A DNA stretch of 64,000 bases from an uncultured Pseudomonadota bacterium (GTDB taxonomy: Bacteria > Pseudomonadota > Gammaproteobacteria > Steroidobacterales > Steroidobacteraceae), in NCBI GenBank assembly GCA_963794975.1, contig CAWCGL010000009.1:174023-238022 (forward strand). Direction: 5' to 3'. Below, in pieces: positions 49,138 to 62,974 of this stretch; position 1 is the first letter of the stretch; the number at the start of each line of letters is the position of its first letter. The position numbers and the translations under genes were made by a program. Below the pieces are notes generated by a model, which saw nothing but the letters and a program-made list of their open reading frames with translations, did not search any database and was not told the DNA's origin.

Positions 49138-50018
49138 GGCGCCGCCCCTGCGCGGTGCGGCCGGCCCACGTTGACGGTGCCGGCGCGCTGCGTAACGGCC
49201 AGTACCTGCGTGCTGAGCGCGCGCGCCTGCTCAAGTTCGGCGACCAGCTCGGCCAGCGGCGGGATGTTGTCGTCGCGCTCGATCATGGTCGCCACCGGCC
49301 CGCAGTGGCGCAGAGCGGCTGCGTACAGCTGCCACACCGGATCGGGCACCGGATGGTCATGGGTGTCGATCAAATAGTCGCCGTGGTTCTCGTGGCCGGC
49401 GAGATGGATCTGCTGCACCCGCTCGGCGGGCATCGCCGCCAGGTAGGTGAGCGCGTCGAACTCGTGGTTGACGGAGCTTACGTAGATGTTGTTCACGTCC
49501 AGCAGGATCAGGCAGTCCGCGCGCACGGCCACTTCGCGCAGGAAATCCCACTCGGTCAGCTGTGACTGGCTGAAGCCCACGTAACTGGAGACGTTCTCCA
49601 TGAGGATGCGCCGGCCGAGCACGTCCTGTACCTGGCGGATGCGCGCCACGACGTGCGCGAGCGCCTCTTCCGTATAGGGCAGCGGCAGCAGGTCGTGCAT
49701 GTTGCGCCCGGCCACGCCGGTCCAGCACAGGTGGTCCGAAATCCACGCCGGCTCCAGGCGCTGCGCGAGCGCCTTCACCTGGCGCAGGTATTCAAGATCC
49801 AGCGACGCGGTGCTGCCGATGGACAGCGACACCCCGTGCATGACCAGGGGATAGCGCTCGCGGAAGCGCATCAGGTAGGACAGCGGCTTGCCGCCCGGGA
49901 CCAGGTAGTTCTCGGTGAGCACCTCGAACCAGTCGACGGGCGGACGGTCGGCGAGGATCGCCTCGTAATGATCGACCCTCAGGCCCAGGCCAAAGCCGAG
50001 GGTGGGGCTGGTGAGCAT
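49134..50018 (-). CDS. DUF692 multinuclear non-heme iron oxidase (MNIO; BufB/MbnB-like)
   Basis: 294 aa. [56 protein letters not shown] is the DUF692 TIM-barrel metal-ligand pattern. Confidence 0.9.
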   Translation of the reverse strand: MLTSPTLGFGLGLRVDHYEAILADRPPVDWFEVLTENYLVPGGKPLSYLMRFRERYPLVMHGVSLSIGSTASLDLEYLRQVKALAQRLEPAWISDHLCWTGVAGRNMHDLLPLPYTEEALAHVVARIRQVQDVLGRRILMENVSSYVGFSQSQLTEWDFLREVAVRADCLILLDVNNIYVSSVNHEFDALTYLAAMPAERVQQIHLAGHENHGDYLIDTHDHPVPDPVWQLYAAALRHCGPVATMIERDDNIPPLAELVAELEQARALSTQVLAVTQRAGTVNVGRPHRAGAAP

Positions 50019-50034
50019 CTAAGAGGAGTAAACG

Positions 50035-50065
50035 GCGGACCGGGCGCCGCAGGCGCCCGGTCCGC
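50035..50065 (-). promoter_or_regulatory. perfect 14-bp stem-loop between precursor gene and MNIO gene (candidate attenuator/processing hairpin)
   Basis: On the plus strand this reads GCGGACCGGGCGCC-gca-GGCGCCCGGTCCGC. On the mRNA strand it is followed by CGUUU. It lies in the 53-nt precursor-to-MNIO spacer. Confidence 0.5.
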
Positions 50066-50071
50066 AACAGA

Positions 50072-50320
50072 TCACTTCGCCTTGGCTTTGGCGGCGTCGC
50101 AATCCGCCTTGCTCATCTCCACGAATCCCTTGCCCTTGCAGGAATTCTGGCCCTTGCAGGCATTGTTGGCACTCTTGCACGCGGACTGTCCCTTGCAGGA
50201 ATTCACGCCCGAGCAGTGCACCTTGGCTTCGTCTGCGCTGGCGGTGCTGATCGCTGCGGTGGAGAACATCATCGCGGCGGCCGCGGCCAGGGCAACACTG
50301 GGAAGCATTCTGGAACTCAT
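50072..50320 (-). CDS. bufferin-type RiPP precursor (Sec signal peptide + 6-Cys core)
   Basis: 82 aa. MSSRMLPSVALAAAAAMMFSTAAISTASA is followed by DEAKVHCSGVNSCKGQSACKSANNACKGQNSCKGKGFVEMSKADCDAAKAKAK. A GAGGAG Shine-Dalgarno lies 7 nt upstream of the ATG at 50320. It is the first gene of the precursor-DUF692-DUF2063 operon. Confidence 0.85.
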   Translation of the reverse strand: MSSRMLPSVALAAAAAMMFSTAAISTASADEAKVHCSGVNSCKGQSACKSANNACKGQNSCKGKGFVEMSKADCDAAKAKAK

Positions 50321-50639
50321 TCGCAGTCTCCTCATACGGGATGGTGGAACGCCGCGGATTGTACGCCTCGGGTGCGTGAAGTAGTGCCTGTGACGCGCGG
50401 GCCACGTAAGTGCCTCGGCGCCCACGCAAAACCCCACGCCGCCGGGGCGCTTGAGTGCGGCCGTACAGTAGACCGGGGGGACGGGTACTGGATTGCAGAA
50501 CCGTAAAAAGAACCCCATAAGTGGGTTGCCGGGCCTGCACCGGGGATGCCGCACCGCACGCTGGACCGACGTATAATTTGCAGGCCTGCGCCGACCCGGC
50601 ACAGGCGAGTTCCACTGTCCTCACACACACGGTGACGGA

Positions 50640-56353
<5,714 letters not shown>

Positions 56354-56357
<4 letters not shown>

Positions 56358-56887
56358 GGGGGCGCGCGCTGGCCCTGCTGTTCGCGGCCGCCCTGCTGCC
56401 GGCGGGCATCGCCAGCGCCCAGCCGGCGCCGGCACGGGATGCGTTCCTGCAGCAGCTGGCGGGCAGCTGGGAGATGACCGGGACGCTCTTGGGCAAGCCC
56501 GTGCGCCAGCGCGGCGAGGGCCGCTTTGTGCTCAACGACGGCTGGCTACGCTTCACCATCGTTGACCACGGCGTGCCGCCGGCCTACCAGGCCGCCGTAT
56601 ACCTCGGCTTCGATGCCAAGGCCGGCGACTACATCGCTCATTGGCTGGACCAGTTCGGCGCCGCCGGTGCGCGCGTGGTGGCCGCCGGCCATCGCGACGG
56701 CCAGCAGCTTGTGCTCATCTTCCCCTATCCCGAGGGGGCCTTCCGCGACACCTTCGTCATGCAGCCGGGCGGGGCGCGCGGCACCCTCCTGCTCGAGTCG
56801 CAGCACCCTGACGGTCACTGGTCGGTGTTCGCCGCCTACCAGCTGCGCCGCCCGCAGGCCGCGGCGACAGCCACGCCCGCCCGGTAG
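56354..56887 (+). CDS. secreted hypothetical protein (DUF1579-like, tentative)
   Basis: Signal peptide [22 protein letters not shown], then [21 protein letters not shown]...[17 protein letters not shown]. The GTG start overlaps the uvrA-like stop (GTGA). Confidence 0.55.
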
Positions 56888-56901
56888 TACCCTTTCCGCG
56901 C

Positions 56902-57204
56902 ATGGCCCATGACCTGGTCTGCTGGAAATGCGGCGCATCGCTGGCGGAGCTGACCCTGCCGCTGCGGCGTCTCGAGGAGTGCCCCAAGTGCCGCAGCGAG
57001 CTGCACGTATGCCGCATGTGCGTCGACTACGACACGCGGGTCGCCAAGCACTGCCGCGAGCCGACGGCCGAGGAAGTCAGCGACAAGGTGCACGCCAACT
57101 TCTGCGACCACTTCAAGCCGCGCCCCGCCGCCTACGTTCCTCCCAACACCGGCGAGGTGAATAAGTCACTGTCGGAACTGGAAAAACTGTTCGGCAAGCG
57201 CTAG
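56902..57204 (+). CDS. Cys-rich zinc-ribbon protein (hypothetical)
   Basis: 100 aa with CWKCG..CPKCRSELHVCRMC..HCRE...FCDHF. These are multiple CxxC pairs typical of small zinc-ribbon proteins. Confidence 0.6.
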   Translation: MAHDLVCWKCGASLAELTLPLRRLEECPKCRSELHVCRMCVDYDTRVAKHCREPTAEEVSDKVHANFCDHFKPRPAAYVPPNTGEVNKSLSELEKLFGKR

Positions 57205-57347
57205 GCCGCTCGTCTCGCCGCAGCTGCGCCTCGTCATACCGCAAAGTCCCGGCGGGCGCGGCAAACCGTTGCGGGGCCACGCTAAGATGAGTGGATAACA
57301 CGACAGGCTGCGCAGCCCTCGAAGCGGCGGCCGCAACGGAGCTCGAC

Positions 57348-59417
57348 ATGACGCATCGCCCCGCTCGCGCGCGGATCCTCTCCTGCCTGACCTGGCTGTC
57401 CTGCCTGGCGCTGCCGGCACTGGCCCTGGCGGCCGCAACGCCGCCTGCTCCGGTGCACGCCTGGGAAACCGGCGGCACGCCCGCCTCCCTGGAGGCCTGG
57501 GTAAACCAGCACCTGTCCGCCTCCGATGCGACCGTCAAGCGCCTGCTCGCCGTCAAGGGTGCGCGCACCGTCGACAATACGCTGCAGCCCTACGACGATG
57601 CCTTCGGCGCGCTCATCGATGCACAGAGCCAGTCGTCGCTGCTCTACGGCGTCGGCTCCACCAAGGAACTGCGCGACAAGGCGCAGGCCCTCACGCAGAC
57701 CGTGGCCGCGGCCCTGGCCGCGCTCAGCCTGAACCAGGCGGTCTACCGGGCGCTCACGGCGATCCCCAGTCCGGCCGATCCGGCCGCGCGCCACTACCTC
57801 GAGCGCACCCTGCTCGAGTACCGCCTGGCCGGAGTCGACCGGGACGACGCCACGCGCGCGAAGATCAAGGCGCTGCAGGACAAGATCACCGAGCGCGGCC
57901 TGGCCTTCGAGCGCACCGTGCACGATGACCGGCGCACCGTGGTCGTCGACAAGGCGCTGCTGGACGGGCTGCCGGCGGACTACCTCGCCTCGCACCCGGC
58001 CGATGCCGACGGCCACGTCAAGATCACCACCGACTACCCGGACACGCGCCCGGCGCTGAAGTTCGGCAACAACCAGCAGCTGCGCCACCAGGTGTTCATG
58101 TCCGCGCGCCAGGTCGGCTGGCCGGCCAACACCGAGATCCTGCGCAGCCTGCTCAGCGCGCGCCGCGAGCTGGCGCAGCTGCTCGGCTACCAGACCTGGG
58201 CGGACTTTGCGATGGCCGATCAGATGATGGGCTCGCCGGCGAAACTCGCGGAGTTCGTGCGTCAGGTCGACGAGGCCTCGCGTGAACCCGGCGCCCGCGA
58301 GGATGCGGCCCTGCTGGCCTTCGTGAAGTCGCGCGACCCGTCGGTGCAGAAGATCTCGGCGGCGGACCTGAGCTACTGGCGCGAACAGTACCGGCGCGCC
58401 AAATTCAACTTTGATTCGCAGAGCGTGCGGCCCTACTTCCCGTACGACCAGGTAGAAAAGGGCGTGATCGCCACGGCCTCCAAGCTGTTCCGCGTGCAGA
58501 TCAACCCGGTGGCGGGCGTGAACACCTGGAATCCCTCCGTGACCACCTACGATGTCTTCGACGGCGCCACCAAGCTCGGGCGCATCTACCTCGACATGCA
58601 TCCGCGCGAGGGCAAGGACAAGTGGTTCTCGACGACCTCGGTCACCAGCGGTGCCCGCGGGCGGCAGCTGCCCGATGGCGCCCTGATCTGCAACTTCCCG
58701 GGCGGCGTCGCCGGAGACCCCGGGCTGATGCAGTACGGTGACGTCGTGGTCTTCCTGCACGAGTTCGGCCACCTCATGCACCACCTGATAGGCAGCCAGA
58801 ACCGCTTCGCCGGCGCCGGCGCCTTCTTCGTCGAGGGTGACTTCGTCGAGGCGCCCTCGCAGATGCTCGAGGAGTTCTTCCACGACTACGGGATCATCAC
58901 CACCTTCGCGCGCCACTACCAGAGCGGCGAGGTACTGCCGCGGGAGCTGTACGAGCGCATGGTGCGGGCGGATGCCTACGGGCGCGCGGCGGATGAGCAG
59001 TTCCAGCTGCTGGCCACCGCGGTGTCGCTGGACTTCCATACCGTAGACCCGGCGACGGCGGACTTCGATGCGTTGTACCGCAAGGCCTTCGACCGCTACA
59101 GCACCGCCGAGTTTTTCCCCGGCGACCACTTCTGGACCTCGTACACGCACCTGAACGGCTACAGCTCCAACTACTACACCTACGTGCTCGACAAGGTGAT
59201 CGCGCTGGATTTCTTCGCGCAGTTCGACCCGCAGGACCTGCTCGGCGGCCCGACCGGGATGCGCTATCGCCAGACCGTGCTTGCCCCGGGCGCCACCAAG
59301 CCGGCCGCGCAGCTGGTGCACGACTTCCTGGGCCGCGACATGAACCTGGAGGCCTACAAGCGCTGGATGCTCGCCGAGTTCGACGCGCCGGCTACGACTT
59401 CTTCACCCGCTCACTGA
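57348..59417 (+). CDS. M3-family zinc metallopeptidase (oligopeptidase/dipeptidyl carboxypeptidase-like), secreted
   Basis: It has the signal peptide MTHRPARARILSCLTWLSCLALPALALA, the HEXXH motif VVFLHEFGHLMHH and a downstream FVEAPSQMLEEF. Confidence 0.9.
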   Translation: MTHRPARARILSCLTWLSCLALPALALAAATPPAPVHAWETGGTPASLEAWVNQHLSASDATVKRLLAVKGARTVDNTLQPYDDAFGALIDAQSQSSLLYGVGSTKELRDKAQALTQTVAAALAALSLNQAVYRALTAIPSPADPAARHYLERTLLEYRLAGVDRDDATRAKIKALQDKITERGLAFERTVHDDRRTVVVDKALLDGLPADYLASHPADADGHVKITTDYPDTRPALKFGNNQQLRHQVFMSARQVGWPANTEILRSLLSARRELAQLLGYQTWADFAMADQMMGSPAKLAEFVRQVDEASREPGAREDAALLAFVKSRDPSVQKISAADLSYWREQYRRAKFNFDSQSVRPYFPYDQVEKGVIATASKLFRVQINPVAGVNTWNPSVTTYDVFDGATKLGRIYLDMHPREGKDKWFSTTSVTSGARGRQLPDGALICNFPGGVAGDPGLMQYGDVVVFLHEFGHLMHHLIGSQNRFAGAGAFFVEGDFVEAPSQMLEEFFHDYGIITTFARHYQSGEVLPRELYERMVRADAYGRAADEQFQLLATAVSLDFHTVDPATADFDALYRKAFDRYSTAEFFPGDHFWTSYTHLNGYSSNYYTYVLDKVIALDFFAQFDPQDLLGGPTGMRYRQTVLAPGATKPAAQLVHDFLGRDMNLEAYKRWMLAEFDAPATTSSPAH

Positions 59418-61302
59418 GGCGCTCGAGCAGGCGCGCGAACGGGGAGCCCTTCTGGACCTCGACGCGCAGGTGACGCACGCCGCTCTCATTGAGCGTCTCG
59501 CCATTGCCGTTGTCTATCGCCAGCTGGCCGGCGCCGAGGATCTCGAGCGTTTCCTCGAGCGACTGCGCGCCGCGCGCCTCGCCGGCGCCCACCTTGCCCG
59601 CGCCGCGCGCGCGCGGCTTGGGGGTCGGGACTGGCCTGGCGGCAGGCGCGGCGGGGGCGGCGGCCTTGCGGCCGACCGCAACCTTGGGGACGGGCCGGCC
59701 GGGAATCTTGCGGGTGGCCGGATCGCTTAACGGCTTGGCGGCCACGGGCTGCTGGGTACGCGGTGCCATGCGCTTGAGCGCATCGGCCGCCGCGGCGGCG
59801 ATCGCCGCGGCGTCATCGATCAGCTTGAACTCATCGATGCGCTCGGCCGGCTGGGCCGGCGCGCCGCCCAGGGTCGCTGCCTGCTTGTCCTGCTCGGTGG
59901 CGCGCGCCTTTTCCTGGGCGCTGACCGGGACCACCGCGACGGCTGCGAACTCCGAGCGTACGTAGTGGGCCACCTGCTTGGCCGAGATCGCGTCGCTGAA
60001 GAATCCCAGCCGCAGTCCATACCACTTGCGCCCATCACGGCTACCCTCGACGGTGTAGAGCGTGTAGGCACTGAAGATGGCCAGCGGCGGGACCTTGTCC
60101 AGCGCCACCGCCTGCACCGACCACTGCAGCTGCACGGCAAACAGCACGGCCGCGTTGCTGACGACGGCTTCCTTCAGCGCCTCGCGCGTGCCGGTGTCAT
60201 CGGGCTTGAGCAGCGGGATGGCGCCGTGCGCCGGTTCCTGCGCCTGGGCCTCCGCGCCCTCGGGGCGGCGCACTTCCAGCAGCTTCAGCACCTGGGTATC
60301 GCTCAGGGCCGCCTTCGCCGGCGGCGGCGCGGGGGTGTGCGGCGGCGGCGGCGCGCGCATCAGGCGCGTCTCGCCGGTGGCGCTGGCATCGCCGAGCGCC
60401 TTGAGTACCTCGCGCACGTTCGAGTCGCCGAAGACACCGGTGGCGCCGGATGGCTTCTGCTGCGCGGCGGCCGGTGCCGGCTCGGCGGCGAGGCTGAGCG
60501 TGCCGGGCGCGGCGGGCGCAGTCACGACCGGCGCGCTCGGGCGATTGGGTGCGGCAGATGCAGGCGCCGCCGGGATGACACGGGCCGGGGCGGGCGCCGG
60601 TGCGGTGGGCGGGCGGGCGCTCATCGCCGGGGGTGCAGCGGGCGCTGGCGGCGCGGCGGGCTTGCGTGCCGCGGGCAGCGGCTGCGTCGGTGCGGCGGCG
60701 GCGGGCTTGCGTGCGGCGGGCGCTTGCGGTGGCGCAGCGTTAGCGGGCTTGCGCACGACGGGTGCCTGGGGAGCCGGTGCGCGGGGGGCGGGCGCGGCCT
60801 GCAGAACCGGCAGCAGCACCGGAATCGGATCGGGCACCAGCGGCTTGGGAGGCGGCGCGGGTGCGAAGGGATGTGGGGCGGCCTCCGCGGCCGCCGGCGG
60901 CGGAGCGGGAGGGGCCGGGCGCTGCTGCTGCGGACCTGCGGCGTGCTGCGCCTGCGCGGCCGCGGCCGCGGCCGCGCGTTCGCGCAGCTTGCGCCCGGGA
61001 GCCTCACCGGCCCAGGCGCCCGGATAAATCTCGCGCACGAGATTCAGCCACTCCTCGGCTTCCGCGAGCGTGGCGAAATATCCCATGTGCAGCCGGAAAC
61101 GTTCACGGCCTTCCTCGAAGCGCCGGCTGACGAAGAACGTGAAGCGCTTGAGCTCGGGCAGGTCGGCCTGCGCGAGCGCCATCGGCGTGGTGGAGGAACA
61201 AAGGTTCAGCACGAATGGTCCCGTGCTGGCGGCCGGTGCGGTCGCATCGCCTGTGCCGAGCTCTGCGAGAGCGTCGGAAGCGAAGTTGGGCTTTGCAGTC
61301 AT
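59392..61302 (-). CDS. SPOR-domain protein with two SPOR-like domains separated by a long Pro/Ala-rich region
   Basis: Starts at MTAKPNF (ATG 61302). SPOR-like 1 is FVLNLCSSTTPMAL..RFRLHMGYFATLAEAEEWLNLVREIYPGAW. SPOR-like 2 is FAVQLQWS...WYGLRLGFFSDAISAKQVAHYVRSEFAAVAVVPVS. The linker of about 300 aa carries ARKPA repeats. Confidence 0.8.
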   Translation of the reverse strand: MTAKPNFASDALAELGTGDATAPAASTGPFVLNLCSSTTPMALAQADLPELKRFTFFVSRRFEEGRERFRLHMGYFATLAEAEEWLNLVREIYPGAWAGEAPGRKLRERAAAAAAAQAQHAAGPQQQRPAPPAPPPAAAEAAPHPFAPAPPPKPLVPDPIPVLLPVLQAAPAPRAPAPQAPVVRKPANAAPPQAPAARKPAAAAPTQPLPAARKPAAPPAPAAPPAMSARPPTAPAPAPARVIPAAPASAAPNRPSAPVVTAPAAPGTLSLAAEPAPAAAQQKPSGATGVFGDSNVREVLKALGDASATGETRLMRAPPPPHTPAPPPAKAALSDTQVLKLLEVRRPEGAEAQAQEPAHGAIPLLKPDDTGTREALKEAVVSNAAVLFAVQLQWSVQAVALDKVPPLAIFSAYTLYTVEGSRDGRKWYGLRLGFFSDAISAKQVAHYVRSEFAAVAVVPVSAQEKARATEQDKQAATLGGAPAQPAERIDEFKLIDDAAAIAAAAADALKRMAPRTQQPVAAKPLSDPATRKIPGRPVPKVAVGRKAAAPAAPAARPVPTPKPRARGAGKVGAGEARGAQSLEETLEILGAGQLAIDNGNGETLNESGVRHLRVEVQKGSPFARLLERLSERVKKS

Positions 61303-61595
61303 AACTTCCCCGGAAAACGAAACCTTGCGCGGCCGCGATCCTCGGTGCGACGTTTCCTGGTGACGGGGATGGGAGTGCGAGCGAACGCGCCGGTTGCGCG
61401 ATCGTGGCAGCCCCGCCGTCATAGGAAACGTCCTTTAGACCGGTGGCTTTGCGTCCCCGTCTTTCGACGGGTTTGCCCTTATCACTGAGTTCTTAGTGTC
61501 AAAGCGTCGCGGATTGGAGTCAAGCAACGAAATGTGTCGTGACTCTCAAGTGCTGTGACATATGCGCAACTATTGTGTCCCGGCCACTTTATGTT

Positions 61596-62156
61596 TCATG
61601 GCGGCGGCTGCCAGAAGCGCCCGGCGCTGACGATATGTCGTGCGTAGTATCCAGCGCTTAAATCCGCAGCAGAGACGGCACCGCCGGCATGCGGCGCATG
61701 CACGAACTGGCCTCCACCGGTGTAAATCCCCACGTGGTCAATGCCACGCTTACGTATGCGAAAAAACACCAGGTCGCCCGGGAGAATTTGCGCCAGCGGC
61801 ACCGGCCGCGCCGCATGCTGCTGTTCGGCGGCGGTGCGCGGGATGGCAAGGCCGACGCGCCCGTGCACGTACAGCGCCAGTCCGCTGCAGTCGAAGCCGG
61901 CGTCATCGGCGCCGCCAAAGTGGTAGGGCGTGCCGATGAGCGCGGTGGCCGCCGTGGCGATCGCCTCGCCCTGCGCGAGCTGCTCCGGGGGCGGCTCGCT
62001 CGCCGCGGCGACCGGAGCCGGCACGGGCGCGGCGCCGCTGGCGGCTGGTGCGGTGGGCGGATTCGGCGCCGGCTGCGACGGGAGCAGGCTGCACGCACCG
62101 AGCAGCGTGCACACGGCGATGGTCAGGGCGGTGCGCGTGCGCAGCTGCATGCGCAT
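61596..62156 (-). CDS. NlpC/P60 (C40) family peptidoglycan endopeptidase lipoprotein
   Basis: Lipobox TIAVCTLLGAC. The catalytic core is GTPYHFGGADDAGFDCSGLALYV...IDHVGIYTGGGQFVHAP. The 359-aa ORF in the track is a shadow extension. Confidence 0.88.
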   Translation of the reverse strand: MRMQLRTRTALTIAVCTLLGACSLLPSQPAPNPPTAPAASGAAPVPAPVAAASEPPPEQLAQGEAIATAATALIGTPYHFGGADDAGFDCSGLALYVHGRVGLAIPRTAAEQQHAARPVPLAQILPGDLVFFRIRKRGIDHVGIYTGGGQFVHAPHAGGAVSAADLSAGYYARHIVSAGRFWQPPP

Positions 62157-62164
62157 CCGGAAAG

Positions 62165-62896
62165 CTAGCGCGCGCGCGCGGCTGCCTTGGCCGGCGGTGG
62201 CGGACGGGGGCGTGCGAACGGGGTGCGCGCGAGCGCCTCGATGCCGGCGTAGGTGTAGCGCTGCACGCCGCGGCGGCCGGAGCGCGTCGCCCCGAGCATC
62301 GCCTTGGCGACGGTGCCGGCGGAGATGCCGCGGTAGACGGCGTACCTGCCGCCCAGCAGCGGGTTCACCAGTGGCATGAGCGTCACGCCGACGAGTTCCA
62401 GGGGGCGCATCTCCGTGCGCCAGCCGAGCAGCATCGAGGGTTGCAGGATATCCAGTGACTCGAAGCCGAGCGCCTCCACCTGCTGCTCCATTTCCCCCTT
62501 CGTGCGCAGGTAGAAATTCTTCGACTCCGGGTTCGCCCCGACGGAGGAGACCACCACGAAGCGCTTGGCGCCGGCGGCGCGGGCGGTGCGCGCGAACGTG
62601 AGCACGCTGTCGATGTCCACGGCGCGGAAGGACTGCTGCGAGCCGGCGCGGCGGATGGTGGTGCCGAGGCAGCACAGGGCAGCGTCCGCTGCGACTCCCT
62701 TGAGCTGCGATTCCATTTGCGCGAACTGCACGATGCGGTTGGCCAGGCGCGGGTGCTCGCGCCCCAGCGGCCGGCGCGAGACCGCCAGCACGCGCGTGAC
62801 ATCGGGCGCATCCAGCAGGGCATCGAGGGTGCGGGAGCCGGTGAGCCCGCTTGCGCCGGCCAGCAGCACGATCTTCCCGTCCGCCTCGCCCATCAC
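62165..62896 (-). CDS. NAD(P)H-binding atypical SDR (HTATIP2/YbjT-like oxidoreductase)
   Basis: It has the Rossmann motif IVLLAGASGLTGS, plus ..CCLGTT.. and ..FVVVSSVGA..FYLRTKGE. Confidence 0.8.
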   Translation of the reverse strand: MMGEADGKIVLLAGASGLTGSRTLDALLDAPDVTRVLAVSRRPLGREHPRLANRIVQFAQMESQLKGVAADAALCCLGTTIRRAGSQQSFRAVDIDSVLTFARTARAAGAKRFVVVSSVGANPESKNFYLRTKGEMEQQVEALGFESLDILQPSMLLGWRTEMRPLELVGVTLMPLVNPLLGGRYAVYRGISAGTVAKAMLGATRSGRRGVQRYTYAGIEALARTPFARPRPPPPAKAAARAR

Positions 62897-62974
62897 TGCC
62901 TCGCCCGCCCGGGGCGGCTGTTTGTTTGCGACAGCTTAGGAGTGCGCACGCCCTGCGGCAAGCGCGCGCGGATG

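Noticed and set aside
50321-50639. A search for a LexA/SOS box or a clear ECF-type promoter in the divergent region between the bufferin operon and the uvrA-like gene. It has a TATAAT at 50572-50577 and GAACC repeats at about 50494-50510.
   Set aside because: There is no CTG-N10-CAG or Xanthomonad-type LexA dyad. The TATAAT lacks a convincing -35. The GAACC elements have no matching -10 that I could justify. This is too speculative to annotate without transcription start data.
60600-60960. Short tandem DNA repeats (GCGGGCTTGCGTGC-like). I considered them as a possible CRISPR array or VNTR.
   Set aside because: They are irregular and lie inside the SPOR-protein coding frame, where they encode the Pro/Ala/Lys-rich linker. 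There is no repeat-spacer periodicity.
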